The notes under the pieces were generated by a model that was not told where the DNA came from, made no database searches, and saw only the letters and a program-made list of their open reading frames with translations. Shown here piece after piece: positions 1-7,746 of a DNA stretch of 64,000 nt; position 1 is the first letter of the stretch, and every line of letters starts with the position of its first letter. The translations under genes were made by a program, and so were the position numbers. Origin of the DNA: Chitinophaga sp. (GTDB taxonomy: Bacteria > Bacteroidota > Bacteroidia > Chitinophagales > Chitinophagaceae); contig NZ_JAFAIX010000012.1 in the NCBI RefSeq assembly GCF_019236475.1, forward strand, positions 1,120,619 to 1,184,618, written 5' to 3'.

Positions 1-812
1 AACTCGCTGATTTCCCTTTCGGATTCATTGTACGGAAACTTGTTTGGCGCTGCATCCATGTATTGGAATTGCGCATTATCCGCATTGCTGCTGAGGGCAT
101 TCTGCCAATGGGCTTCGATGATCTGTTGGGCCAGTTGTGGATTCGCATCTGCCATACGGATAGCCATACGCAGCATGAGTGAATGTGCCAGCTTTTTCCA
201 GAGGGCCACTTTCCCATTATAGATAATATCTCCGGAATTAAAGCTGCTTTGGTTTTCATCCATTACATTAATCTGTTGCTGGAGTGTGTCCAGTAAAGAT
301 TTGTAGATGGTTTGGGCATCATCATATGCCGGAGTGATATTGGTAGTTACCTGAAATGCCTGTGTGTACGGAATATTGCCGTAGGTATCTGCCAATATTT
401 GGTAGATCCAGGATTTCATGATTAGCGCAATGGCGTTCTGGTTAGCAACACCCACTTTATTGGTTTTGGAATTGTTTTGTTTTACCAGATCGTCCAGGTT
501 GTGGAGGGCAGTGCTGTACAAAGTGTTCCACAATGCTGCGTTGTTGCCTTCATCCAGTTGGTATTGCGCGTCGTTGGTGCGGGAATTTCCTGTCCAGAAT
601 TGCGCGTATTCCATGGCGATATAACCATTTTGTAATCCACTATACAGTACATCCATAGCGGATTTTTGAGCGCCAGTCAGTAGATATTGTGGTTGTGTCT
701 CCGTAGGTTTTGTTGGATTACGGTTATAATCTTCCAGTTTTTTACAACCGGTGAAAGCTGCTGTGATGGCCACCAGGGCTATTGTGCTATATCTAGTTAT
801 CTTATTCATCAT
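1..812 (-). CDS. SusD/RagB-family nutrient-binding outer-membrane lipoprotein (N-terminal ~270 aa; 3' end runs off the left edge)
   Basis: Not in the ORF track because no stop lies in the window. Manual minus-strand translation from ATG at 812 gives MMNKITRYSTIALVAITAAFTGCKKLEDYNRNPTKPTETQPQYLLTGAQKSAMDVLYSG... and stays open to nt 1. Lipobox-like AFTGC. It starts 14 nt after the SusC stop, the canonical susC-then-susD order. Confidence 0.8.
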   Translation of the reverse strand, partial: MMNKITRYSTIALVAITAAFTGCKKLEDYNRNPTKPTETQPQYLLTGAQKSAMDVLYSGLQNGYIAMEYAQFWTGNSRTNDAQYQLDEGNNAALWNTLYSTALHNLDDLVKQNNSKTNKVGVANQNAIALIMKSWIYQILADTYGNIPYTQAFQVTTNITPAYDDAQTIYKSLLDTLQQQINVMDENQSSFNSGDIIYNGKVALWKKLAHSLMLRMAIRMADANPQLAQQIIEAHWQNALSSNADNAQFQYMDAAPNKFPYNESEREISE

Positions 813-825
813 ACATCTCAAAAGT

Positions 826-3800
826 TTAGAATGACACATTCAGGTTCAGGCCGATGGATCTGATAGATGGCAGTGCACCCCCTTCAATCCCTTGGATATT
901 CGAAGCGGAATTGAGGATGTTGGATGGATCCACATTAGGCGCATTGGACTTGATCAGCCATAGGTTACGACCATAGAGTGAAAGTCGTGCGGCTTGTGCT
1001 TTTATCTTCTTATACCATGCTTCCGGTAGTGTATAACCCAATTTCACCTCGCGGAGGTAGATATAGCTTGCATCGTACAGGTTGGCCTTACTGATAACAT
1101 TACCACCATTGAAGTTGAAATGATCTTTTGCAGTGATCAGGGTGGTATTAGGTTTACCATCGTCTGTTACACCTGGAACGATGATACCTTTATCGCGGAT
1201 ATCGTTGGCTACCGTGCTTTCCAGCAGACCTGATTTCTCTCCGTATAGGTTGGTATAGGAGAAGAAGTTGCCGCCTTTTTGGAAGTCGATCAGTGCAGAG
1301 AGGTAGATCCCTTTATAGCTGAAGCTATTGGTGATACCACCTACATAATCCGGATAGGCGTTACCGATAGGTTTAATACCACTTACTTGATAATAGCCAT
1401 TGGCATCCACTTTCCTGTTGCCGCGATCATCGTAGACATAATCCGTACCCATTATGGTACCCAGTGGCTCCCCTACTTTCGCTACCACAGAGACTTTCTG
1501 TGTACGTCTGTCTGTACCGATGTTCAGCAGCGATAGCGCCAGGTTATATTGGTTCACCTCCATATTCAACAGTTTGTTCCTGTTGCGGGCCACGTTGGCG
1601 TTGATATCCCAGCGGAAGCCGTTTTTCAGGCGGATAGGATTCAGGTTTATGCCGATTTCCACCCCTTTGTTCTGAACAGTACCACCATTGACATAAGTGC
1701 TGGTATAGCCAGTAGCAGCAGGGATTTGCAAAGGCAGCAGTTGGTCTTTAGTGGTTTTATCGTAGTAGGTAAAGTCAACGCCTATACGATTATCTAAGAA
1801 TTTCAATTCGATACCTGTTTCAAACTCTGAAGTACGTTCTGGTTTGAGTTGCAGGTTGTTTTTAGTTGGATCGAAGTTATTGATAGGGTTATTTCCGAAT
1901 GGCGGAATGAACTGGTAGGTATCATAGAGGCGGTATACATCCGCATCATTACCTACAGCAGCCACGCTACCGCGAAGTTTACCGAAGCTGAGCCATTTCC
2001 AGTCTTTCAGCAGATCGGAAAATACGAAGGATGCAGACGCAGAAGGATAGAAATACTGATTATTTCCTTTCAGGAGCGTTGAGCTCCAGTCGCTGCGGCC
2101 TGTCAGGTCCAGGAACAGGAAGTTTTTATAACCCAGGTTTGCTGTAGCAAAAACAGAGTTGATTTGTTTTTCTGCATATTCATCGATGATGTTAGCAGGT
2201 GTAACAGAGTTGAGCAAATTATAAATACCTGGCGTGATGAGTCCACCGTTGGTAGAACCGCCGGTGGTAGTCCATTTGCGGTGCATGATATTGCCGCCAG
2301 CAGTAGCATTCAATTGGAAGCTGCTGCTTAGTTCCTTGTGTACATTAGCAGAAAATTCGTAGTTCAATTCTCTTGACGTGCGGATACGTTTGATGTAACC
2401 ACCTACCAGATAATCTTTGGCCGTTCTTTCCTCTTCCAGTTGGTTGTAATCGTCCATATAAACGCGGCCGCGGAAGGTTAGCCATTTGGTAGCGTCGTAG
2501 TCGAGGCCAGCATAGCCGAACATACGGTTACGGCTATCCGTTTCGTAGTCCATATAACGGTTCCAGTAGGGGCCGTTGCTGGATGACATAGTATCGTTAT
2601 TCCAGGCGCGGCGATTCCAGGTCATTTGGGAGCCATCTGGATATTGGTAGATTTTCTCTTTATCGAGTTCCAATTGACGTTGACCGTACATGGTGAACTG
2701 GAGTGTAGGGTTAGGACCCGTGAAGCCAGTGCCAGGGCGGCCTTTCGCGCTCAGAGAGCTATAGTTGACAGCCGCAGTAGCCGTGAGGCCTTTACCCAGT
2801 TTATAGTTTCCGTTGAACGAGAGATTATTACGTTTCAGGGTGGAATTAGGCAGCACGAATTTCTGATCCATATTGCCATAGGAGAGGCGGAAAGCACCTT
2901 TATCGTTAGTGCCGCTCATCGCGATATTGTTGGTGACTGTGACGCCTGTTTTGTAGAAATTCCGCACATTATTCGGTTGTGGCGACCATTTAGTGGTTTG
3001 ACCGAAGAAAGGATTGTTTTTATCTTTTCCCCAAGACCAATATGGGCGGACGATCTGGCCGTTGAGACGAGGGCCCCAGGATTGATCTTCATAGTATTGC
3101 GGCATGAGATCGTAGCGGCCTTTCCCGTTGTTATCATCGTAGGTGGCAGCTTGTTCATTGAGGAATCCTTCCGGGTGTTGATTATAGTAGAGTGTATCAA
3201 ATTTTCCTGTAGCGCCGCCACCGTAAAGGTTTTGGTATTTAGGCAGTACAGAAACCTGGTCTATTTGTGCATTCAGGCTATAAGTAACGCCGATGCCACC
3301 TTCCGCATCGGGGCGTTTTTTGGTAGTGAGGAGGAGAACCCCATTTGCACCGCGGCTACCATAGAGGGCTGTAGCTGCCGCCCCTTTCAATACCGAGATA
3401 TTATCGATATCTTCTGGGTTGATATCTTGGAGGGGGCTACCATAGTCGTATCCGCCGCCACCATTGAGTTGTCCGCCTTGGTTTGTGTTTGTATTCATGA
3501 TAGGCACCCCGTCTACCACGAAGAAAGCGTTGTTATCGCCGAGGATGGATTTAACGCCGCGGATCGTAATTTTTGAGGAGCCGCCCATAGAGCCGCTGTT
3601 GGTGTTTACTTGGAGGCCAGGTACTTTACCGCTGAGGGCATTCACGAAGTTGGCCTCTTTCGCCTCTTGTACCGTATTTCCGGCCACTTCTTGCATCGCG
3701 AAGCCCACGCTACGAGGGTTTTTTCGTATACCCAGGGCAGTTACCACCACTTCATTCAGGACTTTTTTACCACTGTTGGCAGTAGATAATTTGATATTGA

Positions 3801-4278
3801 TCTCTCCCTTTTTAGTGATGGGTATTAGTTGTTCTGCGTAGGTAGGAGCGCTAACGATGATGGTATCATGGATAGCGGCTTTCATGGTGTAGGCGCCGGT
3901 AGCATCCGAAGTGGTGCCGGTACCTGACTTTTTATTTTTGATCATGGCGCCAGGAATGGGTGTTCCGGCATCATCTTTCACAGTACCGTTGATCGTAAAC
4001 TTATTGATATCCTGTCGGATGGTTTTTTCATCCGGAGGGAGGATAACACCGGTATCCTTTGTAGGATTGGGTTTGCTGGTATCTTTAGCTGAAACTGTTG
4101 TGTCCTTCTTGGGTTTCGCAGGAGTAGTGTCAGCAGCGGGTTTGATAACAGCAGGAGTTGTTGTATCCTGTTGTTGCTGCATAAGCAGAAACCCATGTGG
4201 GATTGTGTATGCACTGCTTGAGGTATAGCAGAAAAGGGCATAGCACAGCCCCAACCAGGCTGGTACTTGGCTTCTCAT
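826..4278 (-). CDS. SusC/RagA-family TonB-linked outer-membrane transporter
   Basis: 1150-aa ORF with a signal peptide and a CarboxypepD_reg-like segment (INGTVKDDAGTPIPGAMIKNKKSGTGTTSDATGAYTM). Plug-type motif ...AATALYGSRGANGVLLLTTKK, a long beta-barrel region, and a C-terminal ...LNLNVSF. A SusD-like gene follows immediately. Confidence 0.93.
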   Translation of the reverse strand: MRSQVPAWLGLCYALFCYTSSSAYTIPHGFLLMQQQQDTTTPAVIKPAADTTPAKPKKDTTVSAKDTSKPNPTKDTGVILPPDEKTIRQDINKFTINGTVKDDAGTPIPGAMIKNKKSGTGTTSDATGAYTMKAAIHDTIIVSAPTYAEQLIPITKKGEINIKLSTANSGKKVLNEVVVTALGIRKNPRSVGFAMQEVAGNTVQEAKEANFVNALSGKVPGLQVNTNSGSMGGSSKITIRGVKSILGDNNAFFVVDGVPIMNTNTNQGGQLNGGGGYDYGSPLQDINPEDIDNISVLKGAAATALYGSRGANGVLLLTTKKRPDAEGGIGVTYSLNAQIDQVSVLPKYQNLYGGGATGKFDTLYYNQHPEGFLNEQAATYDDNNGKGRYDLMPQYYEDQSWGPRLNGQIVRPYWSWGKDKNNPFFGQTTKWSPQPNNVRNFYKTGVTVTNNIAMSGTNDKGAFRLSYGNMDQKFVLPNSTLKRNNLSFNGNYKLGKGLTATAAVNYSSLSAKGRPGTGFTGPNPTLQFTMYGQRQLELDKEKIYQYPDGSQMTWNRRAWNNDTMSSSNGPYWNRYMDYETDSRNRMFGYAGLDYDATKWLTFRGRVYMDDYNQLEEERTAKDYLVGGYIKRIRTSRELNYEFSANVHKELSSSFQLNATAGGNIMHRKWTTTGGSTNGGLITPGIYNLLNSVTPANIIDEYAEKQINSVFATANLGYKNFLFLDLTGRSDWSSTLLKGNNQYFYPSASASFVFSDLLKDWKWLSFGKLRGSVAAVGNDADVYRLYDTYQFIPPFGNNPINNFDPTKNNLQLKPERTSEFETGIELKFLDNRIGVDFTYYDKTTKDQLLPLQIPAATGYTSTYVNGGTVQNKGVEIGINLNPIRLKNGFRWDINANVARNRNKLLNMEVNQYNLALSLLNIGTDRRTQKVSVVAKVGEPLGTIMGTDYVYDDRGNRKVDANGYYQVSGIKPIGNAYPDYVGGITNSFSYKGIYLSALIDFQKGGNFFSYTNLYGEKSGLLESTVANDIRDKGIIVPGVTDDGKPNTTLITAKDHFNFNGGNVISKANLYDASYIYLREVKLGYTLPEAWYKKIKAQAARLSLYGRNLWLIKSNAPNVDPSNILNSASNIQGIEGGALPSIRSIGLNLNVSF

Positions 4279-4415
4279 TATATAGTGCTTGATTTGGTTA
4301 CAAAATTTTTGGGACGGGATGGCAAATGCTAAGCCGTCTACAGTTAAATGGCACGATCTATCAAGTACTATACAATCGAGAAGTCTTTTACAATGGGTTG
4401 TAGATTAAAAAAAAA

Positions 4416-4871
4416 TCAGATTAGGTTTTTCTGCATTTCGTAGTGAGGTATCCCAACTTCTGTAAATTCTTTACCAGCAATGGAATAGCCGAGTTTCTCA
4501 TAGAATCCGGCTGCTTCTTTGCGGGCATGCATCATGAGCGTTTTAAAGCCATCATTGCGCGCGATATTTTCTGCGTAGATGATGATATCTCTGCCGATGC
4601 CTTTGCCTTGAAGGATTGATGATACCGCCATTTGGCGAAGCTGCACGATGTCTTGATTTTCTGTTGGAGAGAGAATACAGCAGCCGACGAGGGTTGTTTT
4701 TTCATTTTCGGTGTAGAAGGCGCCGATCAGGACATCATTGATTTCCTGTTGGAGATATTCTTCGGAGAAGGTTAGCCCTAGCGGTTTTCGTAATATTTCA
4801 TCGCGGAGGGCAACCATGTCGTGGTAGTCGCAACTACCGTATTCGAGTATACGAAAAGTTATCATGAGCAT
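4416..4871 (-). CDS. GNAT-family N-acetyltransferase
   Basis: 151 aa. Acetyl-CoA-binding motif region QLRQMAVSSILQGKGIGRDII (Q/R-x-x-G-x-G) and a typical GNAT length. Confidence 0.85.
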   Translation of the reverse strand: MLMITFRILEYGSCDYHDMVALRDEILRKPLGLTFSEEYLQQEINDVLIGAFYTENEKTTLVGCCILSPTENQDIVQLRQMAVSSILQGKGIGRDIIIYAENIARNDGFKTLMMHARKEAAGFYEKLGYSIAGKEFTEVGIPHYEMQKNLI

Positions 4872-4948
4872 CAGGTATTAAGCAAAGATGGGCTATGCCG
4901 TTGTTTTAGCACGTGTCTCCCGAAATAATATTTACAAATATATTGCCA

Positions 4949-5884
4949 TCAGGTGAAAAGTTGTTCTTCGAAGAACTGGATGATGAGATGATCTATAGAT
5001 CTTACTTCCAACATTTCATCTTGAATGCGGAGGGCATTTGGGTGGGTATCTGTACAGATGACTTTTTTGATGATACCGCTATTTTTAATGCGTTGCCAGC
5101 CATTTCCCGCGAAGATGCCGTGGGTAGTGATCACATTTATCTCGGCAGCGCCGGCTTCTTTATAAGCCTCCGCAGCATGAATTAAGGAGCCACCGGTGCG
5201 GATCATATCATCGTAGATAATGACTGTTTTGTCTTTCACATCAGCGCTGATGGCCGTGATGGCGGTTTCGTCTCCGGAGAGGCGGCGTTTAAAGACAAAA
5301 GCAGCGGGCACATGCAGGTCGTTAGCGAGCGATTCCACCCATTTAGCGCGGCCAGCGTCTGTACTGGCCAGGACAAAGGGATGGCCATCTGCCAGTTCCC
5401 AGGCGGCCTCTTTAACAAAGGTTTTAGCGTATATGTGGACAGGGCGGACACCGCTTTCAAAATAGTGGGTGATACCGTCTACATGGAGATCTATCAGCAC
5501 TATTTGGTTCCCATGGGCCGTTTGTGGCAGGGATGAGAACAGGACGGCACGTGTTTTAGCTTTTACGATTTCGCCGTATTTCACTGCTCTTTCCATCGTA
5601 GAATAGCCGAAAAACGGGATAACGATCGAAATAGCCGTGGCGCCCATTTGGATACAGCCGCTAGCGAGGTCATAGAGCTCCAGGGTTTCTTTATCGTCAA
5701 TAGTGCCGCCCAGGAGGACTACCTCGCGGTTTCTCACATTAGAGAGGATGCGGTGATAGTGTTCCCCATCGGGGAAATCGCGAATATCGAGTTGTCCATT
5801 TTCCCATTGTGGCAGGGAAATGGCGAGGATTCGATCTTTCAAGTATTGATAGCGCTGGGTAGCGAAAATGATTTTTTGCGGCAT
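4949..5884 (-). CDS. Ribose-phosphate pyrophosphokinase-like protein (divergent Prs paralogue)
   Basis: 311 aa. Prs-like landmarks are FPDGEHY, IDLHVDGI (DLH region) and the PRPP loop VIIYDDMIRTGGSL. The canonical GYARQDRK motif is replaced by FGYSTMERA. Confidence 0.75.
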   Translation of the reverse strand: MPQKIIFATQRYQYLKDRILAISLPQWENGQLDIRDFPDGEHYHRILSNVRNREVVLLGGTIDDKETLELYDLASGCIQMGATAISIVIPFFGYSTMERAVKYGEIVKAKTRAVLFSSLPQTAHGNQIVLIDLHVDGITHYFESGVRPVHIYAKTFVKEAAWELADGHPFVLASTDAGRAKWVESLANDLHVPAAFVFKRRLSGDETAITAISADVKDKTVIIYDDMIRTGGSLIHAAEAYKEAGAAEINVITTHGIFAGNGWQRIKNSGIIKKVICTDTHPNALRIQDEMLEVRSIDHLIIQFFEEQLFT

Positions 5885-6065
5885 GATTAAAGAGTCGTCT
5901 ATAGTAAAATTAGCTAATAATACGGACAGGTGGGATATTTATCCCCCTGATAATTAATAAATTTGCCGCTGAGCACTGTCGCACTGCAAAAAAATACGTT
6001 TAGCCAATTTCATTTTAACGTTTCTTTTGCGGGTGGAAGATTAATTTTGAAAGATTACAACTTAC

Positions 6066-6818
6066 ATGGTTCGTTTTTTCGCATATATCGGAGCACTTAT
6101 TATTTTCTTATTCATCAACCTACAGGATACTGTTGCACAAGTACGATTGTCCGGTATGGTGGCGGATCAGGATACCAAGGTGGGAATTCCTTTTGTTTCT
6201 GTTTTAAATAAGAAAGCAATGACGGGCACTCTCAGTGCTGAGAATGGTCGTTTTTATATTGAGGCAATGCCTGGAGATACGGTAGAATTCTCCATGGTAG
6301 GTTATGCCACACGGGTAATCGTGACACCAGGAATGAGTGCCACTTTTGACGTATTAATGCAAAAGCGTTTGTATGAATTAGGAGGCGTGAATGTGCAGGG
6401 GAAAAGTCATTTGAAGGATTCTATCGCGATGCGAGAAGAGTATAAAAAGTATTTCAATTATAAAAAGCCAGGAGCAGTGGATGTGTTGAAGACATTACCC
6501 ACTAATCCGATAACAGCGCTCACTTACCTGGTGCCTAGCAAAACGAGGAAGCGTAAAGAAGAATTTAAGGAGCAGTTGATGTACTGGGAGAAAGAGAAGT
6601 TCATTGACTATCGTTATTCTCCTGAAGTAGTGGGTAGAATGACGAAATTGCAAAGTCCGGAATTGGATTCTTTCATGTTGCATTATCGCCCTACTTACCA
6701 GTTTCTGAATGATGCTTCTGAATATGATTTGTTGTTATATATCAAGAACTCATTTGAAGAGTGGAAGAAGCAGCATGGTGCTACAGGCACCGTTAGTAGC
6801 GGGACTGCAGTACACTAA
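6066..6818 (+). CDS. CarboxypepD_reg-like domain protein (secreted, function unknown)
   Basis: 250 aa with an N-terminal hydrophobic signal. VRLSGMVADQDTKVGIPFVSVLNKKAMTGTLSAENGRFYIEAMPGDTVEFSMVGY fits the carboxypeptidase regulatory-like fold pattern. Confidence 0.6.
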   Translation: MVRFFAYIGALIIFLFINLQDTVAQVRLSGMVADQDTKVGIPFVSVLNKKAMTGTLSAENGRFYIEAMPGDTVEFSMVGYATRVIVTPGMSATFDVLMQKRLYELGGVNVQGKSHLKDSIAMREEYKKYFNYKKPGAVDVLKTLPTNPITALTYLVPSKTRKRKEEFKEQLMYWEKEKFIDYRYSPEVVGRMTKLQSPELDSFMLHYRPTYQFLNDASEYDLLLYIKNSFEEWKKQHGATGTVSSGTAVH

Positions 6819-6832
6819 GATTAAGATATAGC

Positions 6833-6854
6833 GGCATCTTCGGATGCCTTTTTT
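6833..6854. terminator. Bidirectional hairpin terminator between convergent genes
   Basis: ggcatc-ttcg-gatgcc (6-bp GC-rich stem, TTCG loop) followed by tttttt. It lies between the stops at 6818 (+) and 6853 (-). Confidence 0.6.
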
Positions 6855-7296
6855 AATACATGATATTTACCTGGTAGCCAGCTTCACCCAGTATTAGTAT
6901 ACCATCATCTTCCAAGCGTACTGGCTCTTTACATTCTATTCTCTCCCCTTTTACTAAGACGAATGTACCGTAGGTAGAACCTACATCTACTACCCAATAT
7001 TGATTTTTAGTCAATTTTATCATACAGTGTCGTCTGCTGATACTATTATTCAGGAAGAAAGTGCTACCTATTTCTTGTCTGCCGAAGAAAGCGGTATGAA
7101 AGAATTTAAGTTCGAATGTTCGTTGCGAGGACTGTTCCGTTAGTCTTATGCCTATGGGGGCGCGTAAGGTGATGACAGTGGCATCGGCAGGCAGTGGGGC
7201 TCCGCAATTGCTGCAGGCAATAGGTTGATTGGAGGGGGAAGAGAAGAGATTGTCCTGTTGGCATTGAGGACAAACAATTTTAAAATGGTTATTCAT
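6853..7296 (-). CDS. Zinc-ribbon + FHA domain protein
   Basis: 147 aa. N-terminal CPQC...CSNC pair. C-terminal FHA pattern FGRQEIGSTFFLNNSISRRHCMIKLTKNQYWVVDVGSTYGTFV...LEDDGILILG. Confidence 0.8.
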   Translation of the reverse strand: MNNHFKIVCPQCQQDNLFSSPSNQPIACSNCGAPLPADATVITLRAPIGIRLTEQSSQRTFELKFFHTAFFGRQEIGSTFFLNNSISRRHCMIKLTKNQYWVVDVGSTYGTFVLVKGERIECKEPVRLEDDGILILGEAGYQVNIMY

Positions 7297-7746
7297 ACTG
7301 AAGGCTGATTGAAACGTGTCTCACTAAAAAATAATCCGGACTATAAATATCGACATGAATACTGTCTTACTGCCGCAGTGGTGGGAGAATTTGGGGGATA
7401 TTGCGACTATTACAGATTTCTATTCAGCTAGATAAACCTATTTATTTTATTTTTTAATGGACCATATAATGTCTAAGTTAATTTTCTGATAAGGAGCCGA
7501 GTCAGAAGGATTGATCTATAAATTACCACAGTAGCCATTCTAATAGCCTCTTTACTAGTTATTTTTTATCATGTATTAAATTGATTTTGAGAAAGGATTA
7601 AATTTTAGTTGTATTGCATGAAATTTGTTAACGCCGTAATTTTAGCACCCAAATAAAAACCTATCGGTTGTTTTTCGGAATGCAATTTATGTACGTAATA
7701 AGTAACCTATAAAAATCAATATTCGTAGTCCCTATATTTAAACCAC

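Noticed and set aside
2626-3576. 316-aa plus-strand ORF inside the SusC gene
   Set aside because: It lies entirely antisense to a well-supported 1150-aa TonB-linked transporter gene. The translation is low-information (R/I/V/F-rich) with no motifs, so it is a typical shadow ORF.
5950-5970. Candidate Bacteroidota -7 promoter element (TAnnTTTG: taaatttg), with similar near-matches upstream of 7747 and 34742
   Set aside because: Such AT-rich octamers are frequent in these intergenic regions. I could not pair them convincingly with a -33 TTTG at the correct spacing, so no promoters were called.
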